From Prevotella sp. (GTDB lineage: Bacteria; Bacteroidota; Bacteroidia; Bacteroidales; Bacteroidaceae), in NCBI GenBank assembly GCA_017615355.1, contig JAGAAJ010000002.1:1646-65645 (forward strand): a stretch of 64,000 nt of DNA, given 5' to 3'. The position numbers were made by a program, and so were the translations under genes. Below are positions 46,572 through 57,909 of this stretch, piece by piece. Within the stretch, counting starts at the first letter, position 1. Every line of letters begins with the position of its first letter. Below the pieces are notes generated by a model that saw only the letters and a list, made by a program, of their open reading frames with translations, ran no database searches and was not told the DNA's origin.

Positions 46572-48250
46572 CGGCGTATGATAATCTTCTTGCCTTGCTG
46601 AATATAAATGCCGGGCTTGAGGCGGCTGTTTTGCTGGGTACGTTGTCCAGAGAGATGATAGATAGGAGAAGCAGCATTGACTGAAGAATCACTTGATGGC
46701 ACTGAAATACCATCACTGTCAAAATAGTCTTGATTGTATTCAACAGGGAATCCTCTTGAGTCAAGAATCTGCATGTGTTGCTCTATCCAGTTGCAAATAT
46801 AGTAAAACTCGTTGTCAAAGTCTATTTCCTCACCACGCAGATCGCTGTCGCCGCTCCATTTCCTCGTTTCCCTATCCGCAGCTCCGCTATTCTTGAGAAG
46901 ATGATAATAGTAGCTGACTCTGCTGATAAGACTGTCAGTAGAAAAGACTTTGCCGTCCTGTCGAAGTTCTTGGTAGCGCTGATTTAGCCGGTCATTGAAC
47001 TGTAGCGTGTTGCGGCGATAGAACTGGTAGAAGACACACACATCTACGTCACTCAGATATCTGGGAGAGGAATGGTCGTTGGTGCCGCCGACAAGCAAGC
47101 CACCCCATCGCTGGCCAAAGGTGGCGTCAAGATCCCACGGTGCTATTGTCAGCTTCTTTTCGTTTTCTTTGTCATAGACTGCCCAGAACGTGTTCTTGCC
47201 ACTATTGTCTACGGCCGATGTAACTGTGAGCAACAGGCTATAGTCTATCATCGGTTCGACATCGAAATAGTCGGTAACGTATGCCTCAAACTCTGACCGA
47301 GGGCTTTGTAAGGCGAAATTGCTGGCTTCTATGAGCGGACGCCAGTCGGTGGTGTCGTTGTCAAGGAGGTCTGGGTATTTTACCTCAAAGCCTTCTAATG
47401 TCTCGGAGTGATTGTCGTAAGTGTTGAAGACATTGAACATCTGCGTGCGCTGCCACGACTTGCCCTTGTACAGGCAGCCGTGTATCTCACCGTCCAGCAC
47501 TTTCTTCAGGCGCATCTGCTTGCGGTCGAGATTCTCGGAGAAATTGTAGATGCCGCGGTATTCATTGTTGAGAAATACCTCAACAACTCTACCGCTGACG
47601 CCGTTGCGAGCAGCGGGCTCCTTGTCGATATAATAAGGTGGACAAGCGAAATCGTTCCATAAGTCCATAGCGATACGATTGCGAAGCCGGAACACGTCGG
47701 CCTGTCCGGCATCGAGAATCCAGCTGTCATCGTTTCTCAGACCTAACAGCGATTTGTTCTTCTGCAGCTTGATCTTATAGTTGCGCTTGTGTTTGTCTGT
47801 GGTATTCGTCGAGCCGCCCCGCCACTTAATGGTGGCAGCAAGGGTGTCGGTCTGTTTTGCATCAGGAGAGGAAACGAGTAGCATCCCTTCATTATAGTTA
47901 TAACCAAAGGAGCCCTGCAGTTGCAGTAGGGGTAGAAAGGTGAATTTAAGGGTGGCGCTGCATTTCTGTCCGCTTGCGTTTTTGTAACTGACGAGAAATG
48001 TCTTGTCCGCCGTGATCTTCTTGAAGACAAAGTCGTCTGATATGCTATTGCCGTCGATAGTGCAGGAACTCCAATCCTTGCCAGTGATGACACTCATGGT
48101 GACCGTCTTCTGGTTGAAGCAGTCTTCAGACACCGTAGCCAACAGCGTGTTGGTCAGCTCGTCGAACATGACTGCACGTCCGTCTATGACAAGCTGGGCC
48201 GAGGCCAGGCTGCTGGAGGCCATGAGTAACAAGGTGGCAAGGCATCTCAT
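46568..48250 (-). CDS. CotH kinase family protein, secreted
   Basis: Signal peptide; WRGGST, KRNYKIKL, YRGIYNFSE, DNSGKN, PWDLDATFG; tail IYHLSGQR...PGIYIQQGKKIIIR. Confidence 0.88.
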   Translation of the reverse strand: MRCLATLLLMASSSLASAQLVIDGRAVMFDELTNTLLATVSEDCFNQKTVTMSVITGKDWSSCTIDGNSISDDFVFKKITADKTFLVSYKNASGQKCSATLKFTFLPLLQLQGSFGYNYNEGMLLVSSPDAKQTDTLAATIKWRGGSTNTTDKHKRNYKIKLQKNKSLLGLRNDDSWILDAGQADVFRLRNRIAMDLWNDFACPPYYIDKEPAARNGVSGRVVEVFLNNEYRGIYNFSENLDRKQMRLKKVLDGEIHGCLYKGKSWQRTQMFNVFNTYDNHSETLEGFEVKYPDLLDNDTTDWRPLIEASNFALQSPRSEFEAYVTDYFDVEPMIDYSLLLTVTSAVDNSGKNTFWAVYDKENEKKLTIAPWDLDATFGQRWGGLLVGGTNDHSSPRYLSDVDVCVFYQFYRRNTLQFNDRLNQRYQELRQDGKVFSTDSLISRVSYYYHLLKNSGAADRETRKWSGDSDLRGEEIDFDNEFYYICNWIEQHMQILDSRGFPVEYNQDYFDSDGISVPSSDSSVNAASPIYHLSGQRTQQNSRLKPGIYIQQGKKIIIRR

Positions 48251-50334
48251 CAGCGTACAATAGCAATCTTACATACAACACCTTTCTGGCCTTCGCTTGT
48301 AGCGGCGGCAACCATATAGATGCCGCTGGCCACACGACGCCCCTGACGGTCTCGGCCGTCCCAAGTGAATGTGCCACCATTGCTGCGCCCCTCAGCCACC
48401 AGTACGCCACTGGAAGTGAGTATCTTTACGTCGGCATTGCGTGAGAGACCAACAACGGTGATGAGACCTTCATAGCCGGAGACGACGGGATTGGGATAGG
48501 CATAGACGTCTTCTTTTACCATTTCTATTGCAGCCTCAGTGGCATCGCTCATATAGGAACAAAGGCCTTGGTCGGTGCCGAAGAAGACCTCACCAGTCTG
48601 GTGATCGATGGCGATACCCTCAATGATATTCGACAGCAACGGGCTATTATCTGTGGTGAAGTGCTGCAGCTGTTCCATATTGTCATCGCTGATGAGGTAG
48701 ACGCCTGAGCCGCGCGTACCAAACCATTTACGATTACCGCCGTCGACGGCGATAGCAGAGATATCCACACCGCCAAGTAGGTAATCGGCATAGTTGGTGC
48801 CATCGTTACGAGGCACCTTCACTTGCGTGGCATATTCGATAGTTGTATTGACGCGTTCAGCCTCAATGAGGTAGGGGCCGTTAGCCGTACCTATCCAGAT
48901 ATTGGCATCGCGGTCTTCAGCGATACAGCGTGGATTATAGCTTTCTTGTGCGCTGGTGCCGTCTTGGTTGACCAAGTTAAATATGGCATTGACGATGGTG
49001 TTGGTAGACGGGTCGTAGCAAAAGAATGATGGTTTTTCCCAATGTTTGTTGACAAACCAAATCAATCCACGGCTGTCAATGATGAGGCTGGTTAATTTGG
49101 GCAGGCTCTCGTTGTTGTACATCAACAAATCTTGATAGTATGGGAACCATTCGTTGTTCTTTGAAATCTTGATAAGCGAGTTGTTTTTCACATCGCTTTG
49201 AATCATCCAGAGGTTTCCGTCCTTGTCGTAGGTAACACCGTCGGTCAGCACATATTTGTTACTGGTGGTGGCGGTTTGCAGGATGCTGTTGTCTTTGTTG
49301 TAGTATTTTACAAGCTTGCCGTCATAGTACTCATAAAGACCAGTCCTGCCACCGGCAAAGATGTGCTTGCTGTCAAAGGGGTCTACGTCGACAGAATACA
49401 TTTCTACAAAGGTCCATCCGCTGCCGTTGGTTCCCTCTACGCCTGTCATATCGTCTTGCAGGAATTCCCATTCATCTCCTTTCTTCAATTGCACGGTAGC
49501 GGGATAGGCGTTTGAACTGCCTACATTACCACCGCAAGAATAGAGGATGCCGTCCTTGAATCGCATAAAACCAAAGTGATTATGCTTCGGTCCGCCAGGC
49601 TGCAGGCTCTTCACAGTCTCGGCATATGTGTTCCAGTCGGTGAGGTCCTGGTTGAAGAGATTAGCAGGATAGTCGTCGGTGGCTGCCCAGCTATGCTTGT
49701 CGATAAGATTGCTGGTCAAGTTTCCTGCGTAGACTGTTTTCTGTTCTGTTTGTGCGTAGAGTTTGCCGTTGTTAATGCCTGTGGCGATGATGTTTTGGTC
49801 GAGGATATAGGATTCAGCTATCTCTGCACGTTCCATGTTCACCTTCACTACGCCAAAGCCAGTGGAAAGGTAGGCATACTGGTCGCTAATGAAGATGCTG
49901 TTCACCGTCTTGTTCTGCGTCATCGACTTGCTGTAGAGGGCGCTGATGTTTGTCACGTTGCCTGCCAAATCCATCAGGTCGATGTTGGAATTGCTGTAAA
50001 CGATGATGAGGCGCTGTGTCTTTTGGTTCCAGGCAATGAGCGATACGTAGGTGTCGCTCAGCTGATGCAGCTTATCATATGTGGTGATACTCTGGTCGTT
50101 GAGGTTATAACTGTACAGTCCGTTGGAGGCACGCACGAAGAGTGTGTGGCTTCCTGCTTTCGCTATCTGTTGCGGCTCATAATAGGAGATGTATGCGTTC
50201 CAAGTGCCTGTCTGCGCTAGTGCGACGGTAAATGATAAATGACAAATGACAAATGACAAAGCAATCATCATCAGCCATCGCTTACCTTTATTGCATATTG
50301 TTTTGTTTCTTTCCATCATCTTATCATTTATCAT
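48250..50334 (-). CDS. porZ: type IX secretion system PorZ-like beta-propeller protein
   Basis: Signal peptide, propeller repeats, VDGGNRKWFGT, NSPLLSN, C-terminal YAYPNPV...WDGRD...SGIY. Confidence 0.85.
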   Translation of the reverse strand: MINDKMMERNKTICNKGKRWLMMIALSFVICHLSFTVALAQTGTWNAYISYYEPQQIAKAGSHTLFVRASNGLYSYNLNDQSITTYDKLHQLSDTYVSLIAWNQKTQRLIIVYSNSNIDLMDLAGNVTNISALYSKSMTQNKTVNSIFISDQYAYLSTGFGVVKVNMERAEIAESYILDQNIIATGINNGKLYAQTEQKTVYAGNLTSNLIDKHSWAATDDYPANLFNQDLTDWNTYAETVKSLQPGGPKHNHFGFMRFKDGILYSCGGNVGSSNAYPATVQLKKGDEWEFLQDDMTGVEGTNGSGWTFVEMYSVDVDPFDSKHIFAGGRTGLYEYYDGKLVKYYNKDNSILQTATTSNKYVLTDGVTYDKDGNLWMIQSDVKNNSLIKISKNNEWFPYYQDLLMYNNESLPKLTSLIIDSRGLIWFVNKHWEKPSFFCYDPSTNTIVNAIFNLVNQDGTSAQESYNPRCIAEDRDANIWIGTANGPYLIEAERVNTTIEYATQVKVPRNDGTNYADYLLGGVDISAIAVDGGNRKWFGTRGSGVYLISDDNMEQLQHFTTDNSPLLSNIIEGIAIDHQTGEVFFGTDQGLCSYMSDATEAAIEMVKEDVYAYPNPVVSGYEGLITVVGLSRNADVKILTSSGVLVAEGRSNGGTFTWDGRDRQGRRVASGIYMVAAATSEGQKGVVCKIAIVR

Positions 50335-50341
50335 TCATCGT

Positions 50342-50980
50342 TTATTTGGTGTTCAGAAGAAATTCACAGAGTTTCTGTGTGGCACGAGCACGATGGCTGA
50401 TGCTGTCCTTGATGTCTGCACCCAATTCGGCGAAAGTCTGGTCGTAGCCATCAGGTCGGAAGATGGGGTCGTAGCCGAACCCCTCACTGCCACTGCGATG
50501 TCGTGTGATCTCGCCATTGACAATGCCTTCGAACAGATGCTCCTCTTTGATGCTGGTACAGCCACACGGACACACGTTTCTCTTGAGTATTAACGCAATG
50601 ACGGTACGAAATCTTGCGTGGCGATTGTTATTTTCTCCTAATTCGTGTAAAAGACGCGCCATGTTGGCTTCGCTGTCGTGGCTTTCTCCGATGAGTGATC
50701 CATCGGGTGCAGTACTGGCATAGCGGGCGCTATAAACGCCAGGGGCTCCGCCCAGGGCTTCCACCTCCAAGCCGGTATCATCGGCAAAGACGCTGCAGTG
50801 ATAGTGCTGCCAGATGTATTCTGCCTTTTGGCGGGCATTCTCTTCCAGCGTGGTACCCGTCTCGGGGATGTCCGCATCGCAGCCGATATCCTTCAGCGAC
50901 AACACTTCTATCTTGTCGCCGAGGATATGACGTACTTCCTGCAGTTTATGGGCGTTGTTGGTAGCGAAGACAATTTTCAT
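50342..50980 (-). CDS. rdgB: non-canonical purine NTP pyrophosphatase (RdgB/HAM1)
   Basis: [35 protein letters not shown]. Confidence 0.95.
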   Translation of the reverse strand: MKIVFATNNAHKLQEVRHILGDKIEVLSLKDIGCDADIPETGTTLEENARQKAEYIWQHYHCSVFADDTGLEVEALGGAPGVYSARYASTAPDGSLIGESHDSEANMARLLHELGENNNRHARFRTVIALILKRNVCPCGCTSIKEEHLFEGIVNGEITRHRSGSEGFGYDPIFRPDGYDQTFAELGADIKDSISHRARATQKLCEFLLNTK

Positions 50981-51013
50981 TTACAAGTTTCGATTGATAG
51001 TGGTAGCAATTCT

Positions 51014-51943
51014 TTACTTTTCACCTTTCACTTTTACCTTAATCTGGTCAAAGCCCTCGCCAAAGACACCGATGACGGCGCTCTGCGAGACGAAGGCCTG
51101 AGGGTCAATCATTTTGATAAGGCGGAAGATGGTAGTGCTCTCGTTCTTTCTGGCCAGGATGCAAAGCACCTTGCGCTCGTCACCAGTATACCAGCCGTGG
51201 CCGTCGAGGATGGTCACACCATGATCCATTTGCGTGCCGATGGCATTGGCTATCTCCTGCCATTTGTTGGAGAAGATAAAGAACTGCACAGACTGTCGGT
51301 TGCGGTTGAATACATAGTCGAGCATGAAATTCTCGATAACCATTGTGCAGAAGCCAAACACCACCATATGAAGGCGTTCCAGTAAATTGCCGAACTGTGG
51401 TATGAACAGGCAGGAGCCAATGACAATCAGGTCGATAAAAAGCAGCACGGTGCCAAGCGATACATTGTGGAACTTGTTTACCGAGGCGGCGATGATATCG
51501 GTGCCGCCTGTTGAGCCGTTGTTCAGAAAGACGACAGCCAGCGCTGTGCCTGTGAGCATACAGCCAATGATGAGCGACATGAACTCTTGCCCCTCGCCCA
51601 AGATCTTCACATAGTTGCCGTTTTCATCCTGTGGAATCACTTCCTGCGCAATGCCCAGCATCAGCGAGAGCATAATGATGGCATAGATGGTCTTAACCAA
51701 GAATCGCCAGCCAAGGATTTTCAGGCCTACAATGAGCAGCAGGGCATTAATAAGGAAATAGGTATAACTGATGGGGAAGCGTGTAGCGTAGAAGATGATG
51801 GCACCGATACCTGATACGCCGCCCGTCACAATTTCATTAGGGAGGAGGAAGACAGTAAAGCCAAACGTATACAATAAGAGGCCGAGGGTTATGCCAGCAT
51901 AATCCCCCACCTCTTTTAATAACAGCTTGTGGTCTATTGTCAT
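51014..51943 (-). CDS. YitT family membrane protein
   Basis: TGGVSG, GSTGGTDIIA, C-terminal IDPQAFV...VFGEGF. Confidence 0.92.
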   Translation of the reverse strand: MTIDHKLLLKEVGDYAGITLGLLLYTFGFTVFLLPNEIVTGGVSGIGAIIFYATRFPISYTYFLINALLLIVGLKILGWRFLVKTIYAIIMLSLMLGIAQEVIPQDENGNYVKILGEGQEFMSLIIGCMLTGTALAVVFLNNGSTGGTDIIAASVNKFHNVSLGTVLLFIDLIVIGSCLFIPQFGNLLERLHMVVFGFCTMVIENFMLDYVFNRNRQSVQFFIFSNKWQEIANAIGTQMDHGVTILDGHGWYTGDERKVLCILARKNESTTIFRLIKMIDPQAFVSQSAVIGVFGEGFDQIKVKVKGEK

Positions 51944-51946
51944 TCT

Positions 51947-54808
51947 TTATTTACATACAATGTTCACCATACGTTTAGGGACGATGATAACCTTCATTAT
52001 TTGCTTGCCGTCTATGTACTTCGCCGTGCGCTCGTCGCTGCGGACGGTCTGCTCCACAGTGGCATTATCGGCATCAGCGGGCAGCATTACCTCGAAGCGG
52101 GCCTTACCGTTGAAGGCTACTGCCATTTTCACCTGACTCTCCACAAGGTATTCTTCGTTCCACTTCGGCCATGTGGCATCGCAGACGCTGCCCTCGCCGC
52201 CCAGCTGTTCCCACAGTTCCTCGGCAATATGAGGAGCAAAGGGTGCGATAAGAATCACAAGCGTCTTCATCACCTCCTTGTTTGTGCACTTCAGCTGGGT
52301 CAGCTCATTGGTGCAGATCATAAAGGCCGAGATGGCGGTGTTGTAGCTGAATGCTTCGATGTCCTGTGTTACCTTCTTGATGAGCTTGTGCAGCGATTTC
52401 AGCTCGTCGGGGGAGGCCGTGTCGACGGATGAACCGTTGACCGCCCCGGTCACCATGTTCCAGAAACGGTTGAGGAAGCGGAAGCTGCCACCGATGCTGT
52501 TCGTGTCCCAAGGCTTCGACTGCTCCACAGGGCCGAGGAACATCTCAAAGAGACGTAGCGTGTCGGCGCCGTATTTTTCAACAATCATATCAGGATTGAC
52601 CACGTTGAACATCGACTTCGACATCTTCTCGATGGCCCAGCCGCAAATGTATTTGCCGTCTTCGAGGATGAACTCAGCATTCTCGTATTCGGGACGCCAT
52701 TGGCGGAAAGCTTCGATGTCGAGCACATCGTTCTGCACGATGTTCACATCCACGTGAATGGGCGTTACATTGTATTGGTCTTTCAGGCCGGCACTGACGA
52801 ATACAGGTGCGCCTTTCTCCCCTCCTTCGGAGGGGTCGGGGGAGGCTATTCTATAGACGAAGTTCGAACGGCCCTGAATCATACCCTGGTTGATAAGCTT
52901 CTTGAAAGGCTCGTCCTCGCAGGCATAGCCAGAGTCGTAGAGGAACTTGTTCCAGAAGCGGCTATAGATGAGGTGGCCCGTGGCGTGCTCCGAGCCGCCC
53001 ACGTAAAGGTCGACATTGCGCCAGTATTCGTTGGCATCCTTGCCCACAAGTGCCTTGTCGTTCTGCGGGTCTTCGTAGCGCAGGTAGTAGGCAGACGATC
53101 CTGCGAAGCCAGGCATTGTGTTCAGCTCCAAGGGGAAGACACTCTTGTTGTCAATCTCGTCGACGCTGACCACCTTGTCAAACTTTGTGTCCCAAGCCCA
53201 CATCTTAGCGCGACCAAGTGGTGGCTCTCCCGTCTCGGTGGGCTTATACTCGCTGATTTCGGGCAGCTCCAGGGGCAGGCACTCCTTGGGAATCATGTAA
53301 GGCATATCATCCTTGTAGTACACAGGGAAGGGCTCGCCCCAGTAGCGCTGACGGCTGAAGATGGCATCGCGCAGACGGTAGTTCACCTTTACGCGGCCCA
53401 AGCCTTTCTCGGTGACGAATTGCTTCGTAGCGGCAATGGCCTCCTTTACACTAAGACCATTCAGGGAGAAACCGTCAAGGGCTATCTTGCCTGCTACAGG
53501 CGAATTCATCACGATGCCCTCCTTTGCGTCGAAGCTCTCCTCGCTGATGTCAGCGCCCTCAATGAGTGGTATGATGGGCAGACCGAAGTGTTTGGCGAAG
53601 GCGTAGTCGCGGCTGTCATGGGCAGGCACAGCCATGATGGCTCCCGTGCCGTAGCCAGCCAGCACATATTCTGCAATCCAGATGGGAATCTTTTCACCAG
53701 TGAAGGGATTGATGGCATAAGAGCCGGAGAAGACACCAGTTACGGAGTGATCAATCTGGCGCTCACGCTCAGTACGCTTCTTCACATAGGTCAGATACTC
53801 GTCCACGGCCTGCTTTTGCTCTGGAGTGGTGAGCTGCTGCACCAATTCGCTCTCAGGAGCCAATACCATAAAGGTGACGCCGAAGATGGTGTCTGCTCTT
53901 GTCGTAAAGATGGTGAAGTGCTTATCGCTATCGGCCACTTTGAACTCCATCTCAGTACCTTCTGAACGGCCAATCCAATTGCGCTGTGCCTCTTTGATGG
54001 AGTCGCTCCAGTCAATCTCTTCCAGACCATCGAGCAGACGCTGTGCAAAGGCGCTGACACGCAGGCACCACTGACGCATCTTCTTCTGTTCCACAGGGAA
54101 GCCGCCGCGCACACTGACGCCGTCCACCACCTCATCGTTGGCCAGCACAGTGCCCAATCCTGGACACCAGTTCACCATCGTGTCGGCCAGGTAGGCGATG
54201 CGGTAGTTCATCAGCACCTCCTGCTTCTTTTTCTCAGAGAAGTTGTGCCAGTCGCTGGCTGTGAAATGCAGCTCCTCAGTGCCCAGGGCTCCGCAGTTTT
54301 CGGTACCCATCAGCTCAAAGTGCTCAATGAGCTTGATTGTTGGCTGCACTTTCTGCGACGAGATGCTATAGTAGCTCTTGAACATACGCTGGAAGGCCCA
54401 TTGTGTCCAGTGATAGTAGCCAGGGTCACAGGTCCTTACCTCACGGCTCCAGTCGAAGCAGAAGCCAATCTTGTCCAGCTGTTCACGATAGCGGTTGATA
54501 TTCTGCTCAGTGGTGATGGCGGGATGCTGGCCTGTCTGTATGGCATATTGCTCTGCGGGTAGTCCATAGGCATCGTAGCCCATCGGGTTCAAGACGTTGA
54601 AGCCGCAAAGTCGCTTATATCGAGCGTAGATGTCGCTGGCGATGTATCCCAGGGGATGGCCCACATGCAGGCCGGCGCCGCTAGGGTAGGGGAACATGTT
54701 CAAAACGTAGAACTTCTTCTTTTTCTCGTCTTCGACCACGCGATAGGTGCCGTTTTCCACCCACCGCTTCTGCCATTTCTTCTCAATTTCTCTGAAGTTG
54801 TATTCCAT
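51947..54808 (-). CDS. leuS: leucine--tRNA ligase
   Basis: [33 protein letters not shown]. Confidence 0.98.
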   Translation of the reverse strand: MEYNFREIEKKWQKRWVENGTYRVVEDEKKKKFYVLNMFPYPSGAGLHVGHPLGYIASDIYARYKRLCGFNVLNPMGYDAYGLPAEQYAIQTGQHPAITTEQNINRYREQLDKIGFCFDWSREVRTCDPGYYHWTQWAFQRMFKSYYSISSQKVQPTIKLIEHFELMGTENCGALGTEELHFTASDWHNFSEKKKQEVLMNYRIAYLADTMVNWCPGLGTVLANDEVVDGVSVRGGFPVEQKKMRQWCLRVSAFAQRLLDGLEEIDWSDSIKEAQRNWIGRSEGTEMEFKVADSDKHFTIFTTRADTIFGVTFMVLAPESELVQQLTTPEQKQAVDEYLTYVKKRTERERQIDHSVTGVFSGSYAINPFTGEKIPIWIAEYVLAGYGTGAIMAVPAHDSRDYAFAKHFGLPIIPLIEGADISEESFDAKEGIVMNSPVAGKIALDGFSLNGLSVKEAIAATKQFVTEKGLGRVKVNYRLRDAIFSRQRYWGEPFPVYYKDDMPYMIPKECLPLELPEISEYKPTETGEPPLGRAKMWAWDTKFDKVVSVDEIDNKSVFPLELNTMPGFAGSSAYYLRYEDPQNDKALVGKDANEYWRNVDLYVGGSEHATGHLIYSRFWNKFLYDSGYACEDEPFKKLINQGMIQGRSNFVYRIASPDPSEGGEKGAPVFVSAGLKDQYNVTPIHVDVNIVQNDVLDIEAFRQWRPEYENAEFILEDGKYICGWAIEKMSKSMFNVVNPDMIVEKYGADTLRLFEMFLGPVEQSKPWDTNSIGGSFRFLNRFWNMVTGAVNGSSVDTASPDELKSLHKLIKKVTQDIEAFSYNTAISAFMICTNELTQLKCTNKEVMKTLVILIAPFAPHIAEELWEQLGGEGSVCDATWPKWNEEYLVESQVKMAVAFNGKARFEVMLPADADNATVEQTVRSDERTAKYIDGKQIMKVIIVPKRMVNIVCK

Positions 54809-54921
54809 AATGATGATGTTTGTTTTCTTTCTTCAAAAGTGCAAAGGTACGAATAAGCGGGGAAAGAGCAAAAGAAAAATGAAATTTTCTTTTCTTTTTC
54901 GGGTGAAAGAGCCCTTTGAGA

Positions 54922-56043
54922 CTATTTCAGGAGATGGTAGCATCCACCAGCCAAAGGGCGCACAACGCCTTTCATCTCCAACTGAAACAGCAGGGCCGTG
55001 AGGCTGCCAATGGGGATATTTGTCTTGACAGAAAGGATGTTCAGCTGCAGGTCACCCGTCGTGTCGAGCACCTGTACGATGGTGCGCTCGTCATCCGTCA
55101 GGTCGGGGAAGAGATCGCGCTCAATGCCCTCGCTCTTGGCCTGCTGCAGCTGGGCTATGCTCTGCCATCCCATCGAGTTGACCAAATCGACGGCATTGGT
55201 GATAAGCTGTGCGCCGTTGTCGCGTATCAGGTTGTTACAGCCCTCGCTGTAGCGGGCTCCCACAGCCCCGGGGAAGGCAAAGATGGCTCGGCCATAGTCT
55301 TGAGCGATGCCACAAGTGATAAGCCCTCCGCCCTTAGCCGCACTCTCCACAAGGATGGTGGCATCGCACAGACCAGCCACGATGCGGTTACGGCGTACGA
55401 AGTTGGCCTTGTCCATGTGGGCGTTTGACATATACTCCGTCAGCAAACCACCCTGTGTCACCATACGTTTAGCGATGTCGCGGTGCTGCGTGGGATAAAT
55501 CTTCTCCATACCATGCGCTAGCACACCCACCGTCTCATATCCGATAGCCAACGCCTGTGAATGGGCACAGACATCGATACCATAGGCCAGGCCGCTGACA
55601 ATAAGCACTTGCGGACACATTGTCTTGAGGTCGGCTAACAGGCGACGCACCAAATCCTGCCCGTAGATAGTGCAATGGCGTGTGCCTACGATGTTGATGA
55701 TATAGGGCTGGTTGAGGTCGGCCGTTCCTTTATAGTAGAGCACAAGTGGCGCATCGATACATTCACTCAACCGATGAGGATAGTCTTCATCAGCGGGTGT
55801 GAGCACTTTAATGGCATAATGCTCGGCAAAAGGCAGCTCTTCGTCAGCTCGCCGCAAAGCATCATCCCAGTTGCTCAGCATTGTAATCAAACGGGAAGAG
55901 CAGTCGGGAATGACATCGGCGAGGTGGTGACGATGGTCGAAAACAGCCTTGGCGCTACCCAGCTCTTGGTAGAGCTGCAAGGCTGTGGCTGGGCTGAAGG
56001 CCATGAGCTGTGACAAAGCAATGGCGTAGCGTTTCTCTTCCAT
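54922..56043 (-). CDS. dprA: DNA-processing protein DprA
   Basis: IVGTR, VSGLAYGID, FVRRNRIVAGL, GGLIT, GCNNLI. Confidence 0.95.
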   Translation of the reverse strand: MEEKRYAIALSQLMAFSPATALQLYQELGSAKAVFDHRHHLADVIPDCSSRLITMLSNWDDALRRADEELPFAEHYAIKVLTPADEDYPHRLSECIDAPLVLYYKGTADLNQPYIINIVGTRHCTIYGQDLVRRLLADLKTMCPQVLIVSGLAYGIDVCAHSQALAIGYETVGVLAHGMEKIYPTQHRDIAKRMVTQGGLLTEYMSNAHMDKANFVRRNRIVAGLCDATILVESAAKGGGLITCGIAQDYGRAIFAFPGAVGARYSEGCNNLIRDNGAQLITNAVDLVNSMGWQSIAQLQQAKSEGIERDLFPDLTDDERTIVQVLDTTGDLQLNILSVKTNIPIGSLTALLFQLEMKGVVRPLAGGCYHLLK

Positions 56044-56049
56044 AGCGGG

Positions 56050-56463
56050 CTATTGTTTATTGCTGATAAACTGCTTGAATGCGTTATCGTACTCCTCGCT
56101 ATTGCCCAGACGACCGTTGACGAGACATACCAGCTCTATCTTTCCGCGGAAGCACAGCTGTTCGTCGCTGGCACGGAAGATGTCCTGATAAAAGACATAT
56201 TTGATGCCCTCTTTCTCTAAACGTAACCGTGAGAGGAACTCATCGTCGGGCCTGAGCGGCACCTTGTATTGTAGCTGCATGCGGGCCACTACGGCGTCGA
56301 TGCCCTTCTGGTGCATCTCGGCAAAGCTGAGGCCACATTCCTTCAAGAACAGATGGCGTGTGTGCTCACAGTAATGGATGTATTGTGCGTTGTTGACAAT
56401 GCCTTCGATGTCGCATTCGTAGTCGCGCACCTGCATCTTGGTTTCGAAATGGTAGTTGTTCAT
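56050..56463 (-). CDS. acyl-CoA thioesterase (4HBT/YbgC family)
   Basis: VRDYECDIEGIVNNAQY. Confidence 0.9.
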   Translation of the reverse strand: MNNYHFETKMQVRDYECDIEGIVNNAQYIHYCEHTRHLFLKECGLSFAEMHQKGIDAVVARMQLQYKVPLRPDDEFLSRLRLEKEGIKYVFYQDIFRASDEQLCFRGKIELVCLVNGRLGNSEEYDNAFKQFISNKQ

Positions 56464-56481
56464 GGTTCTTTCGTTATAACG

Positions 56482-57789
56482 TTACGTTATCTCGTTATTT
56501 CGCCTTAGGTACTCGTAGCCGAAACGGCAGCGCAGACAGTCTTTCTTGTCGCAGTATTCGCGCTTCAGTTGGATGAGGGCCTGTGTGTCGCCAGCGCTTT
56601 TCACGTTTAGTCCGCACTCTTGCCACATCGTGATAATGTGGTTCTTCTCGGCTTTCATCTGTTCCAACAGGTCGAAGGCACGGTCGCATAGCTCTTCCTT
56701 CTGACGGTGACGGCCTACTGCGAAGAGCATAGGGATGGCAGTATTGATGATGAGCAAATCAGCCGATGAAACCGATAGTTTTTTGCTGCTTTGCTTGCTC
56801 TCAGCACCAAAGACATAGTGTGTCTCCCAATACGGAGTGACATGCGTCGACAATAATGTTCGCAGTGCTTCCACCGTCTCACATTCGATGAGCGCACTCA
56901 AGCTGGCACGCCGTTCATGATAAAGGGTGGCCAATTGCGAGATGCGGATATGGGGGAAGTTTTGGGGACGCAAGCGTAGGAATCGCCAGGTAGTAAAGTC
57001 CATGGCTTGCAGCTGGAATTTATGGGAAAGATAAGCGTATTCGTTCTGCAGACGGGTGAAGTAACCCTCGCTGAGCGCATCGGCACGATAACGCGGAGGG
57101 ATGCTTTCGGTGGTCAGCAGACCGGCCTGTCCGAGGAAGAAAGCCTCAATCTGAAACAGGTCATCACGATGCTTGCCTATGGCGCTGAGTGGTACGTTGC
57201 GTGCCCATTGTTCGAAAGCGTCACCGTTGATGCCGAAGCCATAGTTGCGAGCCAGCGTCTGGAAATAGGCATCCTCCCACGAACCGTTGCATTGTCGCAC
57301 CCGTTCGCCGATGGCTAATGTCTTCTGTTCTAAGCGCTCCGTTTGCAAGGCAGCCATCCATGAATGCACCAGTAAGGGACTCAGGTCCTTGATGATGCGG
57401 TAACAGGGAGGATAATGGTCGGTGGTGAGCAGCTCGTCATAATGCTGTCTCACGTTGTCAGGAATCTTCAGCACCAATTGCGGCAGATAGCGTCGGTCCT
57501 CGGTCAGCACGTCAGTATCGGCCTCCTCCACCACGTGCAGCACCACGTTGTTGTACCTGGGGTCATGGTCGTGTCCGTGGGTGTACCACTCGCTGCTGCG
57601 CAGGTGAATCTCAATATTGCCCACCCACAACGTGTCGCCGATGCGCACCTTTGCGTTGAAGAAGTCGGGCCCTGCATCACGGTTGTGCAAGCCAGGATCC
57701 ACCACCTCCACCTCGCGCCCGTCAGTAGTCGTGAGCTCGTTTAGTGGCAACATCTTGTGTTTCCACACATAATGAAGTATTTCTTCCAT
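56482..57789 (-). CDS. DUF2851 family protein
   Basis: MEEILHYVW, GPDFFNA, GNIEIH, HGHDHDPRYNNVVLHVV, RLRPQNFPHIR, C-terminal CxxKxCLRC. Confidence 0.88.
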   Translation of the reverse strand: MEEILHYVWKHKMLPLNELTTTDGREVEVVDPGLHNRDAGPDFFNAKVRIGDTLWVGNIEIHLRSSEWYTHGHDHDPRYNNVVLHVVEEADTDVLTEDRRYLPQLVLKIPDNVRQHYDELLTTDHYPPCYRIIKDLSPLLVHSWMAALQTERLEQKTLAIGERVRQCNGSWEDAYFQTLARNYGFGINGDAFEQWARNVPLSAIGKHRDDLFQIEAFFLGQAGLLTTESIPPRYRADALSEGYFTRLQNEYAYLSHKFQLQAMDFTTWRFLRLRPQNFPHIRISQLATLYHERRASLSALIECETVEALRTLLSTHVTPYWETHYVFGAESKQSSKKLSVSSADLLIINTAIPMLFAVGRHRQKEELCDRAFDLLEQMKAEKNHIITMWQECGLNVKSAGDTQALIQLKREYCDKKDCLRCRFGYEYLRRNNEIT

Positions 57790-57909
57790 TGGCGGCAAAG
57801 TTACGAAAAAATGAGAGAAGAACAAAAGATTTTTTTGCTTTTTGCCGAGAGAACGAAAAAAATAGCTACCTTTGCAAGCACAATAATGAACTAATAACAA
57901 AATAGACAC

